From the NCBI GenBank assembly GCA_043816005.1, contig JBDRIM010000022.1:1-39260 (forward strand): DNA of 39,260 nt. Direction: 5' to 3'. Shown piece after piece: positions 17,368 through 27,434 of this stretch. A model generated the notes under the pieces. The model had not been told where the DNA came from and made no database searches. It saw only the letters and a program-made list of their open reading frames with translations. The translations under genes were made by a program, and so were the position numbers. This DNA is from Candidatus Micrarchaeota archaeon (lineage in GTDB: Archaea > Micrarchaeota > Micrarchaeia > Anstonellales > Bilamarchaeaceae). Every line of letters starts with the position of its first letter. The first letter of the stretch is position 1.

Positions 17368-20037
17368 TTATGCAGTATCGATATCGTCCTGCTTCGTGTC
17401 CCCACCTGTTTCTGCAGTTGATGAGAACATTGGATCTTTTCCATCTCCACCGTAAATGAACTGAATAACACTCATATCCGCATTTCTAACAGTAAGGTCA
17501 TCGAATACGACAAGATCTTGGAGTGCGTTGATTAACCTACGTTGCATGTAACCAGAACGAGCAGTTCTAATTGCAGTGTTAACAAGAGCTTCACGACCAC
17601 CCATAGCATGGTGTAGGAATTCGTAGGGTGTTAGGCCTTTATGGAATGAAGAATAAACGAATCCTTTTTCTGGTCCGGTAACAGTACCTTCTTTGAAGTA
17701 TGGTAGTATTCTTTTCCTATAACCACGTGTGATTCTTTTACTTCTTACTGTTTGTTGTGCAACTAACGCAGACATCTGAATGGCGTTAAGAAGGCTACCA
17801 CGTGCACCGATCTTTGCCATGATAATAGATGGATTTTCAATACCAAGATCAGATTCAACAATTTTGCCAACATCTTCACGTGTTTTGCTTGTTATTTCCA
17901 TAATAAATCCTTCAAGCGTTTCTCTAAGACTCATGCCTGGAGCACGCTCAAGTGACCTATTTTTATACTGCATGATAAGATTGTCTATTTCTCTATTCAT
18001 CTTATCAGTTACTTCTTTGGCTCTTTCGCCCCCTTTCTTTGATAGTGTATAATCTTTTAGAGAAACGCTTAGACCATGATAGGCTAATGCTTCGAGTGCC
18101 AGTCTACAAGCTTTGTCAATAAAATCACGAGTGAATTCAGAGCCATGTGTAACAAACATATTTTCAAGTAATTCGCCTTCCATCGCCTTACTTTCCACTG
18201 CACCTTTTATGAGTTTACCATTTTTTATGATGATTTCTTCTCCTAGCTTTGAGATTACCTTAAGGTTTGTATCATTTGGTAGTAAAAGAGAAAACAGAAG
18301 TTTTCCAGAATATTTATCTTTTTTATCTGGTCCTGGAAGCTCGTTTATTCCAATTAGATATAACATGCTTGCAGCTTCTGCTTTAGTAAATTCACTGCCT
18401 TCTTTTGTCAAAAAGTAAAGCCCAGACACATGATCTTCTTGTGGTTTGATAATGGCATGCCCATGCCTTGGTGAAAGAAGTTGGTCTTCGACTTTAGCAA
18501 GATGTCTTGCTTCTGCTTGGGCTTCCTCGGTTTGCATAATATGCAAATTCATTTCATCACCATCAAAATCAGCATTGTATGGTGAAACAGTAACTGGATT
18601 AAGTCGGAACGTTTTTCCTGGAAGAACCTTAATCTCATGCGCCATCATTGAGATTCTGTGAAGCGATGGCTGTCTGTTGAAAAGTGCAATATCACCATCA
18701 ACAATATGTCTTTCTATAGTATATCCAACCTTCAGATTTTCTATTTGTTCTTTCTTCATTTCCTGTGTGTCGCCAACCTTGATTCTTCGACCATCTGTTC
18801 GGATTATGTAAATTGCTCTTGGATATGCTTCAGAAAGAATGAGTCTTTTTGCATATGGTATATTCCACTCAGTTATTTTCATTGGTATTGTAAGTTCTTC
18901 TGCCATGAGTTGTGGAACACCAACCTCATCTAGATCTATCCTAGGGTCAGGTGAAACAACTGTTCTGGCAGAGAAATTAACACGTTTACCGGATAAATTA
19001 TATCTGAAACGACCTTCCTTACCCTTAAGCCTTTGTGCAAGTGTCTTAAGAGGTCTCCCGCTCCTGTGCCTTGCAGGTGGAATATTTGCAGTTTCATTAT
19101 CAAAGTAGGTTGTTACATGATATTGTAAAAGTTCCCATAGGTCCTCGATAATAAGCTGTGGCGCACCAGCATTTATATTGGCATCTAACTTTTGGTTGAT
19201 TCTTATAACATCAACTAATTTGTGAGTAAGATCATCTTCACTTCTTTCGCCTGTTTCAAGAGTAATTGATGGCCTAACATTTACTGGAGGTACGGGTAAT
19301 GCTGTTATAATCATCCACTCTGGTCTGGAATATAAAGGATCGAAACCAAGTTCTCGCAAGTCCCCATCATTGATTCCAGCAAGCCAATCACGAATATCAT
19401 TTGGAAGCAGTATGTCCTTGTCTTTGTAAATAGTGGTTGGTTTCATGAATTTTATTTCAGGTAGAATAGCACTGCAATGTGGACATAATTTTGATCCTTT
19501 GTCTTTTTTCTTTTTTGTAACTGTATCCACATGTTGTGCAGCAGCATTTGGATCAACTTTCGTTTCAACAACATCAAGTAATGAAGGAAGTTCATCACTA
19601 ACTTGTGCAACTGCAGGAGTAACTGGCGTTACTGGTAACGGAACAACTTTTACTTCTTCAATTATTTTTTCAACAGTTGTTTCCAGATCTGCAGCTTCTT
19701 TTATTGCCTTTTTACTAAGTAGTTTGTAGCATTTCGGACAGGTTAACTTGATTACATAAAAAACATGCTTAGCAAATTCAACATGTAACACAGGTCTTAC
19801 TATGTCTATGTGTCCAAAGTGACCTGGGCACTCTTTAACAGTACCTCCACATGTTTTGCATCTAAGGCCAGGATCGACGACACCAAGCCGTGTATCAACA
19901 AGACCACCATCAATTGGATAACCGTCGTCATCGTAGGTATCAGGTACGACAATCTTTGCCGCTGACATCTTCCTGATCATTTCTGGAGAAAACAAAGAAA
20001 ATTTCAACTTATCAAGAACTTTTTGTACTTCAACCAT
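17368..20037 (-). CDS. rpoA1: DNA-directed RNA polymerase subunit A' (Rpo1N)
   Basis: [23 protein letters not shown], catalytic [18 protein letters not shown]. Confidence 0.98.
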   Translation of the reverse strand: MVEVQKVLDKLKFSLFSPEMIRKMSAAKIVVPDTYDDDGYPIDGGLVDTRLGVVDPGLRCKTCGGTVKECPGHFGHIDIVRPVLHVEFAKHVFYVIKLTCPKCYKLLSKKAIKEAADLETTVEKIIEEVKVVPLPVTPVTPAVAQVSDELPSLLDVVETKVDPNAAAQHVDTVTKKKKDKGSKLCPHCSAILPEIKFMKPTTIYKDKDILLPNDIRDWLAGINDGDLRELGFDPLYSRPEWMIITALPVPPVNVRPSITLETGERSEDDLTHKLVDVIRINQKLDANINAGAPQLIIEDLWELLQYHVTTYFDNETANIPPARHRSGRPLKTLAQRLKGKEGRFRYNLSGKRVNFSARTVVSPDPRIDLDEVGVPQLMAEELTIPMKITEWNIPYAKRLILSEAYPRAIYIIRTDGRRIKVGDTQEMKKEQIENLKVGYTIERHIVDGDIALFNRQPSLHRISMMAHEIKVLPGKTFRLNPVTVSPYNADFDGDEMNLHIMQTEEAQAEARHLAKVEDQLLSPRHGHAIIKPQEDHVSGLYFLTKEGSEFTKAEAASMLYLIGINELPGPDKKDKYSGKLLFSLLLPNDTNLKVISKLGEEIIIKNGKLIKGAVESKAMEGELLENMFVTHGSEFTRDFIDKACRLALEALAYHGLSVSLKDYTLSKKGGERAKEVTDKMNREIDNLIMQYKNRSLERAPGMSLRETLEGFIMEITSKTREDVGKIVESDLGIENPSIIMAKIGARGSLLNAIQMSALVAQQTVRSKRITRGYRKRILPYFKEGTVTGPEKGFVYSSFHKGLTPYEFLHHAMGGREALVNTAIRTARSGYMQRRLINALQDLVVFDDLTVRNADMSVIQFIYGGDGKDPMFSSTAETGGDTKQDDIDTA

Positions 20038-20049
20038 ATAAGCACCTTT

Positions 20050-21888
20050 TCAACCTTTATTCTTCAAAATTATTCTTGGGAATATATATAGAGATTTAAT
20101 CTCGTCAAGCAGTAATTTGAAAGCATAACTAATTTCTACAGGTTCAACATTTTCACCCTGGCATATTGGACACACGTCACGATTACGTGCATAGTCATGT
20201 GTTGCAATTGAACCGCAATCAGTACAAACTAATTGTAATGACTTGTCGCTTTCTTCCAAAAGCCTTTCACGTATAAGCATACTGGCCCCATAACCAATAA
20301 GACAGTCACGTTCCATCTCTCCAAATCTAAGACCACCTTCACGTGCACGACCTTCGGTTGGTTGGTGAGTAAGTAATTGTACTGGACCACGACTTCTTAC
20401 ATGCATTTTATTTGAAACAAGGTGGTGTAATCTCTGATAATAGACATTACCAATGAATATTTTTGCCTTGATCTGCTTTCCAGTTAATCCATCATAAAGA
20501 ATTTCTTCACCATCTTCTTGGAAACCATTCTTCTTCAATATTTCCTGGAATTGTTCTTCTGTACTTCCTCCAAATGCAGTACCGTCCATGAGCATACCGC
20601 CTAAAGCACCTGCTTTACCACCCAATGTTTCAAGCAAGTGACCTGCAGTCATTCTCGACGGAATTGCATGTGGATTAACAATAAGATCAGGTGAAATACC
20701 ACTCTTTGTAAATGGCATGTCCTCCTGTGGTACGAGCAAACCTATGACACCTTTCTGCCCGTGTCTTGAAGCAAGTTTATCTCCGACTTCAGGTACTTTT
20801 GCTGACCTTACTCGGACTTTGACAAGCCTGTTTCCGCTCGGACCTTCAGTGATCATAACCGAATCAACTTTTCCTTTCTCTCCGCTTTTTAACGAAAGTG
20901 AACTTTCTCTTTTCTTTTCTTCAACTGCACCAAAAACAGATATTTCTTCAAGGAAACGAGGTGGTGATGTTTTACCAACAAGAACCTCTTTATTATTTAC
21001 TTCACTTTCGGGCATTGCTATTCCGTCTTCAGCAAGATGTCTATATGCTTCTTCGCCACGGTAACCAACAACTTCGGGGGTTGGAAGTTCGATCTTGTCC
21101 TTTTGACCACCTGGATACATTCTTTCTTCTGTCTCGTATGTTTTAAACATAGTAACACGATGGAGACCACGATCAATAGAGGATCGGCTTACAACAATTG
21201 CATCTGCCATATTATATCCATGATAACTTGTAAGTACGACAACACAATTTTGACCAGCAGCTTTATCTTTCAAATTTAGAGCTTTGTAGATATTTGTCTG
21301 AACAAGTGGTTGCTGGGGATATGACATAATATATGATCTAGTGTCATACCTTGCACCGAAATTAGTTGTATAAACACCAAGTGATTGTTTAGCCATAGCA
21401 CAAGCCATGGTAATTCTAGGCGAAGAATTGTGTTCAGCGTATGGTAGAACTCCTGCAACAACACCGAAAATATTTGATGGGTCAACCTCAAGGTGAGTAT
21501 GATCAGGTGTCAAATCTGATTCGGTAATTGCAACCAGGACATTTTCTTCTTCTTGTGCATCAAGATATTCTATAATACCCATCTTTATCAAATGGTTCCA
21601 ATTGAGTTCGTTGTTCTTTATTCTTGTAAGAATTTCTGAGGTTAATCTTGGTTTTCCGTTTTCAACAACGATATATGGTCGTCTAACTCTTCCTTTATCA
21701 GTGAGTATATGAAGTTCGTTTAGTTTTGAATTGTAATATATATTTACCTGATTGCTCAATTCGTTCGTTCGTCTGCGTTCTCGCAAACGACTAGCTAAAC
21801 TTTTTCCATCTGGATGAGTACCAACTATCCTACCATTTAGAAAAATGGTTGTTTTGTCCGGTGCTTTTCGTTTTTTCCTTTTGATCAT
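20050..21888 (-). CDS. rpoB1: DNA-directed RNA polymerase subunit B' (Rpo2C)
   Basis: HNSSPR, GDKLASRHGQKG, NPHAIPSRMT, QPTEGRAREGGLRFGEMERDC, C-terminal Zn ribbon. Confidence 0.97.
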   Translation of the reverse strand: MIKRKKRKAPDKTTIFLNGRIVGTHPDGKSLASRLRERRRTNELSNQVNIYYNSKLNELHILTDKGRVRRPYIVVENGKPRLTSEILTRIKNNELNWNHLIKMGIIEYLDAQEEENVLVAITESDLTPDHTHLEVDPSNIFGVVAGVLPYAEHNSSPRITMACAMAKQSLGVYTTNFGARYDTRSYIMSYPQQPLVQTNIYKALNLKDKAAGQNCVVVLTSYHGYNMADAIVVSRSSIDRGLHRVTMFKTYETEERMYPGGQKDKIELPTPEVVGYRGEEAYRHLAEDGIAMPESEVNNKEVLVGKTSPPRFLEEISVFGAVEEKKRESSLSLKSGEKGKVDSVMITEGPSGNRLVKVRVRSAKVPEVGDKLASRHGQKGVIGLLVPQEDMPFTKSGISPDLIVNPHAIPSRMTAGHLLETLGGKAGALGGMLMDGTAFGGSTEEQFQEILKKNGFQEDGEEILYDGLTGKQIKAKIFIGNVYYQRLHHLVSNKMHVRSRGPVQLLTHQPTEGRAREGGLRFGEMERDCLIGYGASMLIRERLLEESDKSLQLVCTDCGSIATHDYARNRDVCPICQGENVEPVEISYAFKLLLDEIKSLYIFPRIILKNKG

Positions 21889-21904
21889 AAGAAATCACCT
21901 AAAA

Positions 21905-23366
21905 CTAAGCATGACCTTTTACATCATATGCTTTGAGAATTCTTTCAATGTCCTCTTCCTCGACACCAATAGAAACTTCTGCCATTACTGAAAGATTTTT
22001 CACAAGAGAACAACTTGGACCTTCTGGAGTTTCATTTGGACATAGTTTGCCTATGTGGGTACCGTGAAGATCTCTTGCCTTGAAATGTGGATGTTTTTTA
22101 CTAAGTGGGGATATAACACGTCTCAAATGAGAAATTGTCGAAAGATAGCTGACACGATCAAGTAACTGTGAGACACCAGTCTGTCCTGCAATCCAATTAC
22201 CAGTTGCCATTGCATACTTAATTCTGTCTCCCATCACATCCTGCCTAATAAGTGTATGGACTTGTAATCTTCTTCCACGTGCATCGGCTCTTGATGCTTG
22301 GTAAACAAGATCTTTAATTAAAAATTGGAATGCGTAACGGAAAAGTTCTTCCATCATGTCCCCAGCAAGTTTAACACGTTTATTTGCATAGTGGTCCTTG
22401 TCATCTGGGGCAAGTTCATGGTAAGAAACCCTAGTTGCACGTTCAGCCATTCTGATAAGGTAGATTGCCTTGTCAATTCTTGCGGCTTTAGTAACTCCAA
22501 TATGAGGAAGTAAATAATTATCCAAAAGATTTTCCATTCTGTTTAGTCTGAATTCAGGTGGTTGACCAGGAGAAAGTCTTCTACTAAGCATGTCAATTGC
22601 TTCATCACGATTTGTTGATAGTTCGCCTTCTATGTTAAGGATTACATCATTCCGCATATGTTTCTCATCACTAAAAGCTGATAGTAGCTGGTTGTTTGTC
22701 TCAAGACCAAGAACACGTAAAAGTTGGAGGAGGGGAATGCCAGTAGGTGTTGATGGAAATTCTGCTGAATATACCCCATCCGGATTTCTTTCCACAACAC
22801 ATCTTGCTCTAAAACCATAGTGGGTAGAGAATATTTTAGACACTACACCATTACGTTCATTTGTTACCATGAGTTTATTTGGAACAAGATCCTCAATTGA
22901 GGTTAACACACGTTCACTACCGTTTATTATGAAAATATCCACCTGGATCATCAGGATCTTCTCCGTTTTCTATGAGCTCATCTTTCCTCATATGAGAAAG
23001 ATAACATAGTTTGGATTTGAGCATAACTGGTAGTTCACCAATAAACACATCAGAATAAACAGGCCGTTCTACCCCATTGAAAACAGGTATGATTTCTAGG
23101 AAAATTGGTGCTGAATAACTAAGATTTCTTAATCTTGCTTCGTTTGGTAGGATTTGTCTGTAACCCCCCTTAACCTCGTAATATCTTGGTTGTTCAATTC
23201 GGATCTTGCCTAATTTAAGTTCAAAACCTTCAACATTTGTTTGTATCTTTCCGATTCTGTCAACAACCTGTTGTATACCAACATCCAAAAATTTATTATA
23301 AGACAAAAGTTGCTGGTTAACGAGAGTGTTAACCCTGAAATAAGCTTCCATTAGGCCTTCAACCAT
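21905..23366 (-). CDS. rpoB2: DNA-directed RNA polymerase subunit B'' (Rpo2N), with apparent +1 frameshift at 22932-22935
   Basis: ORFs 22917..23366 and 21905..22951 join into DPGGYFIINGSERV if one base is removed from the 4-nt run; later DDKDHYANKR, LSHLRR-like ISHLRR, ARDLHGTH, ETPEG..LVKNL. Confidence 0.95.
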
Positions 23367-23459
23367 TTAAATACACCTCATGACATTCACACTTATTAAG
23401 AAGAAATGCAGATGCATTTCTCCATCTCATCAAAAGCCGACCAACTGATCGGATCAGAA

Positions 23460-23711
23460 TTACTCAATAACTATCCTGTAAGTGGTATACTTACCAGTCC
23501 CATCATCTCGGTTAATTTTTAACAAATTACCAGGCACCGCCTTTAATGCCAAAACTGCAGGATCTTTAGAATATATTTTAGGGAGCTGATGCTCGCCGAT
23601 TCCGTATTTAGAAAGGACTTTTGCTTTTTCAGCATCAGACAGAACCTTCATTTCAGGGACGAGATTATGAGACAAAACATCTATTGTAGAACTACTTTGT
23701 TTTTTCTTCAA
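23460..23711 (-). CDS. rpoH: DNA-directed RNA polymerase subunit H (Rpo5)
   Basis: HNLVPE..LS, QLPKI..DP, YRIV; TTG start after GGTGA; head of rpo operon. Confidence 0.93.
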   Translation of the reverse strand: MKKKQSSSTIDVLSHNLVPEMKVLSDAEKAKVLSKYGIGEHQLPKIYSKDPAVLALKAVPGNLLKINRDDGTGKYTTYRIVIE

Positions 23712-23907
23712 GCAGGATCACCCAGTACGAAAGAGCAGAGCCAGCAATTGTGCTAGCATCCAGTGTATGGGGAATTTATAAGAGAAGTATTTATAAATAT
23801 TTGGATTATTTTGACCATGTATAAGAATTCACATGGGGACTATGAAAAAGACCACAAAGGATTATTGATACAAAAATAATATAAAGCATATCCAACTTAC
23901 TCATAAC

Positions 23908-24492
23908 ATGGTTCTAATTATAGATAATGGTTCACAATATACCCACCTAATCAAAAGAACCTGTCGAGAATTAGGGTATGAGGCACAGATGCTTTATGCA
24001 AAAGCAGGATATGACAAAGTTGATGAATTTTTGAAAACTGGAATTGCAAAAATCATTCTTTCAGGTGGTCCTAGTTCTGTTTACAGTGATGAACCGAATC
24101 TAAGCTCGATGATTTGTCAAAAGGTATACGATGAGCAAATAAAACTACCATTACTTGGCATATGCTATGGACATCAGATGATTGCATATAAGTGGGGATC
24201 CAAAGTAGCAAAAGGAAAAAGTGCAGAATATGGTATTGGCGATATTGAAATTGACAATGGCGGTGTAATGTTTAAAGGAATTCCTAGGAAACTACGCGCG
24301 TGGGTATCTCATTTTGATGAAGTAAAAGAATTACCAGAAGGCTTCGTAAAACTCGCTCATTCAGATAGATGCGAATTTGAAGCGATAGAACATAAGAAAA
24401 GACCTATTTTCGGCGTCCAGTTTCACCCAGAAGTTTGGCACACAGAACATGGTGAAGAAATTCTCAAGAACTTCCTTGAATTTTCTAAGTAG
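23908..24492 (+). CDS. guaAA: GMP synthase glutamine amidotransferase subunit A
   Basis: DNGSQY, LSGGPSS, LGICYGHQ, SHFD, GVQFHPEV (Cys-His-Glu triad). Confidence 0.93.
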   Translation: MVLIIDNGSQYTHLIKRTCRELGYEAQMLYAKAGYDKVDEFLKTGIAKIILSGGPSSVYSDEPNLSSMICQKVYDEQIKLPLLGICYGHQMIAYKWGSKVAKGKSAEYGIGDIEIDNGGVMFKGIPRKLRAWVSHFDEVKELPEGFVKLAHSDRCEFEAIEHKKRPIFGVQFHPEVWHTEHGEEILKNFLEFSK

Positions 24493-25186
24493 ATTTAACA
24501 TCTTTCTGTGTTGGGATTTTAGCATCTGGTTGGTCTGGTTTTGATAGTTGCTCTTGTTTTGCATTTTGAATGGTTTGTTTCAATGGCAATTCTTTTTTTG
24601 TAACTGCTTGTATATCCTGCAACTTTTGAATCGTAGTGATAATCTGTTCCTCAGTAACAAAATTATACTTTGCTTTCATGAAGTTCTCTGTAAAAACCAG
24701 TTTCCTCTTGAATTCACGTGATGCATCAAATATAAGCTCAAATCCCGACCATAAAACATACCAAAGAAGAACAGAAAAGATAGTTAAAATAGGAGTAGTA
24801 TCTAATTCTGGAACTGTAATAAGTAAAGCAGATAGAAGTATACCAACTAGGATCCTTATCATACCGTCAAAACGTTTATCCTTTTGAATTTTTTCTAAAT
24901 TTTTTAATTCTTGTTTAAAATAATCTTTGAACCTTTTTTTAATCAATGATTCTGTTTTTTCAGAGCGCTCATTTGCAGGAATAGTGAAATTTACAATAAA
25001 TTCCCCTTTTTTCTTTTGTGAATAGCGCCTGCTTAATTCACGTAAAAAATCTTCAGAAAGCAGTCTTGTTCCATATGGAGAGGGATCGAAATCAGAGAAG
25101 ATATCATCATAATTATCAAGTGCAATTTGAGTAATTTGCATGACATCTGAAATGGTTTTCAAATCACTTTTAGTTTGCTCTTCCAT
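24485..25186 (-). CDS. Conserved hypothetical membrane protein (2 TM helices)
   Basis: IALDNYDDIFSDFDPSPY..R.LSEDFL N-terminal block, two hydrophobic segments. Confidence 0.7.
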   Translation of the reverse strand: MEEQTKSDLKTISDVMQITQIALDNYDDIFSDFDPSPYGTRLLSEDFLRELSRRYSQKKKGEFIVNFTIPANERSEKTESLIKKRFKDYFKQELKNLEKIQKDKRFDGMIRILVGILLSALLITVPELDTTPILTIFSVLLWYVLWSGFELIFDASREFKRKLVFTENFMKAKYNFVTEEQIITTIQKLQDIQAVTKKELPLKQTIQNAKQEQLSKPDQPDAKIPTQKDVKST

Positions 25187-25236
25187 ACTAATTTGACTTC
25201 TTTGATGTTTATAATCCTTACTCGCGAATAAATTAT

Positions 25237-25848
25237 ATGGCGACTAAGGTATATATCATAAGACACTGTCAAAGCAAAGCAAACTCAAAAAGACAATATA
25301 GCTGTTCAATAAAAGATGATGACGGATTGAGTGATTTAGGAAAAACACAAGCAAGAGAATTGGCTGGTTTTTTCTCGGGTATCAAAATAAAGAAGATTTA
25401 TGCGAGTCCATTTCTGCGTACACGCCAAACTGCTGATGCGATTGCAAGATACATAAAAACAGAGATAGACGTGGATGAAAGTTTTAGAGAGCTTGATTGT
25501 GGTGAATGGGATGGTAAAACAGAAGATGAGATAAGGGAAAAATTTCCTGATGAATGGAAGGGCTGGCATTATGACCCTCAGAATAATCCGATTCCAAAAG
25601 GTGAATCTCTACTTGAAATAGGAACTAGAGTATTGCCAAGATTTCATCATATTATTAGAGAGCATAAAGATGAGAATATTATAATAGTGACACATTACTG
25701 TGTTTTTAATGTGATCATGTGTTCACTTTTTTCAAGCCTGGCAAATTTCAGGAGTTTCGATACTGCAAATGGTACAGTTGCTGAGATTGTAATGGAAAAT
25801 GTCCCGCGACTTAAAGAATATACAAGCTCAGTATCGATAAGATCATAG
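25237..25848 (+). CDS. Histidine phosphatase (phosphoglycerate mutase family)
   Basis: RHC (for RHG), LSDLG, SPFLRTRQTA, ELDCGEWDG, GES, VTH. Confidence 0.9.
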   Translation: MATKVYIIRHCQSKANSKRQYSCSIKDDDGLSDLGKTQARELAGFFSGIKIKKIYASPFLRTRQTADAIARYIKTEIDVDESFRELDCGEWDGKTEDEIREKFPDEWKGWHYDPQNNPIPKGESLLEIGTRVLPRFHHIIREHKDENIIIVTHYCVFNVIMCSLFSSLANFRSFDTANGTVAEIVMENVPRLKEYTSSVSIRS

Positions 25849-25891
25849 ATTAATTTATAAGTTTAATACAAGTATAGCTGCTGGTGATAAT

Positions 25892-26029
25892 ATGACCTCA
25901 TGTCCAAAATGTACAAATAATACGCATTTGCCAGTGTTGCAATGCACTAAATGTAAAGCAATGGGATGCAAAAATTGCTGGAGTGCATTTTGCAAAGCTT
26001 GTGGTTACAGCGATATTAGACCAATTTAA
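25892..26029 (+). CDS. 45-aa zinc-finger microprotein with four CxxC motifs
   Basis: MTSCPKC...QCTKCKAMGCKNCWSAFCKACGYSDIRPI*; GGTGAT SD upstream; fills the gap between neighbours; not in ORF track. Confidence 0.75.
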   Translation: MTSCPKCTNNTHLPVLQCTKCKAMGCKNCWSAFCKACGYSDIRPI

Positions 26030-26054
26030 TTTATGTTTTTATTTTTCAATTTGC

Positions 26055-27149
26055 TTATCTAGTTATGTCACCAGCATTCAACTGGGCAAGATATTCTTTA
26101 TGTTTCTCAAAATAATCTCTGCTTGGTTTAAGTATTTCTGTAAGTTCTCTGGTTACTGCTGCCTTTAGATCCATTGGATGAAGTTTTCCCTCTAAATAGA
26201 TTTTTTTCATTTCATCTGCATCAGTAATTTCAAGATCCCCGCCGAATTTAGCTGGTCTTTCGATCTTCATTGCTTTGTCTCTTAAAACTAAAAATTCTGC
26301 ATATTCAATAATTGGATTTGCTTCGACAATCTTTTCAGGACAATATGCTTTTGATATTTTTCTTTTTATTTCTGCTTCAGAATCATGAATAAAAATTGCA
26401 GAATCAGGTTTAGATTTGCTCATTTTCACATCTACTTCTTGATCTACTTTTGAATCAACATCTTCACCTGTTTTCATACCTTGTGGATTCATTCTTGAAC
26501 CGCCAATCAATCCAGGTAGGAGATGCGTATGGAGTGCCACAAATTTTTTGTTGAATTTTGGTGCAAGTTCACGTGCTAGCATATGTACTTTTCTTTGATC
26601 CATCCCAGCATGAGCAATTTGAACATCTAAAAGGAAAATATCTGCTGCTTGAAGTGCTGGATATAATGCTACACCAGAAGAGATAGTATCTGAATCTTTA
26701 CGGCCCATTATTGTTATGCATCTGAGCATTCTTTTCATTGTTGTATCGCGCATTATTTTTACAACATCTTTCCAGTAATCAGCATTGTATAGATCAGTAG
26801 CAAGAGAAAAATCAACCTGATCTTCTGTAAGTCCAAGAGAGATAAAGGCATGTTTGAAATATCCTTTGGCAACAGCCCGTATTTTTTCAAGATCGCCACC
26901 TAGTTTATCATTAACCCATGAATGGTAATCAGCAAGCCAAATTGTTGGTTTGCAACCGGCTTTGAGAAGATCTTTTATTTTTAGCCCTACACAAAGCCCT
27001 GAACCTAAATGAACCATTCCTGAAATTTCATAGCCAATATAGTGTTTTGGATGTGAATATGTCTCGAAGATTTCTCTAAGATCTTTATCTGTAACTATTT
27101 CTTCAGTAGGTTTTCTTTTGACTAAATCAATCTTTGTTTCGATATCCAT
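26055..27149 (-). CDS. tyrS: Tyrosine--tRNA ligase (archaeal/eukaryotic type)
   Basis: YIGYEISGMVHLG, YPALQAADI, GMDQRKVH, KMSKS, LHPMDLK. Confidence 0.95.
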   Translation of the reverse strand: MDIETKIDLVKRKPTEEIVTDKDLREIFETYSHPKHYIGYEISGMVHLGSGLCVGLKIKDLLKAGCKPTIWLADYHSWVNDKLGGDLEKIRAVAKGYFKHAFISLGLTEDQVDFSLATDLYNADYWKDVVKIMRDTTMKRMLRCITIMGRKDSDTISSGVALYPALQAADIFLLDVQIAHAGMDQRKVHMLARELAPKFNKKFVALHTHLLPGLIGGSRMNPQGMKTGEDVDSKVDQEVDVKMSKSKPDSAIFIHDSEAEIKRKISKAYCPEKIVEANPIIEYAEFLVLRDKAMKIERPAKFGGDLEITDADEMKKIYLEGKLHPMDLKAAVTRELTEILKPSRDYFEKHKEYLAQLNAGDITR

Positions 27150-27360
27150 AGGTTCACCAGGAGTATTGAGTTAGGAGAAGTTGTTATTTAAACATTATCA
27201 GTCAAATACCCAAACTGTCGAGTGTAATAATATCTTACGAACTCGGCTTACACAGCACATGTTTATAGTAAGACCATGTGTCCTTTGTTTGTAGTTGGAA
27301 AACAACGAAAACAGATTAATGTGAACATATTAGTATTTCTAATATGCCTCTGTAGCTCAG

Positions 27361-27413
27361 TTTTGTTTTGCTAATTTTTCGCTTTGTCGCGAAAAATGCA
27401 AAACGACGAGAAA
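27361..27413 (+). other. tRNA intron 1 (53 nt) in D-loop, position ~15/16
   Basis: Long hairpin GTTTTGC..ATTTTTCGC/GCGAAAAAT GCAAAAC; removal restores GCTCAGTGGTAGAGC; only a relaxed BHB; boundary ambiguous by ~1 nt. Confidence 0.7.
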
Positions 27414-27434
27414 TGGTAGAGCGGCTCTCTTGTA

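Noticed and set aside
17358..17471. ORF-track N-terminal extension of rpoA''
   Set aside because: Overlaps rpoA' in another frame; SD-supported ATG is at 17357
21889..21904. Split of RNA polymerase B into B'' and B'
   Set aside because: Known natural split in many archaea; B' has its own SD and ATG
27236..27251. ACGAACTCGGCTTAC resembling the RNase P RNA 3' conserved region
   Set aside because: No matching GAGGAAAGTCC upstream and too little room before the tyrS start
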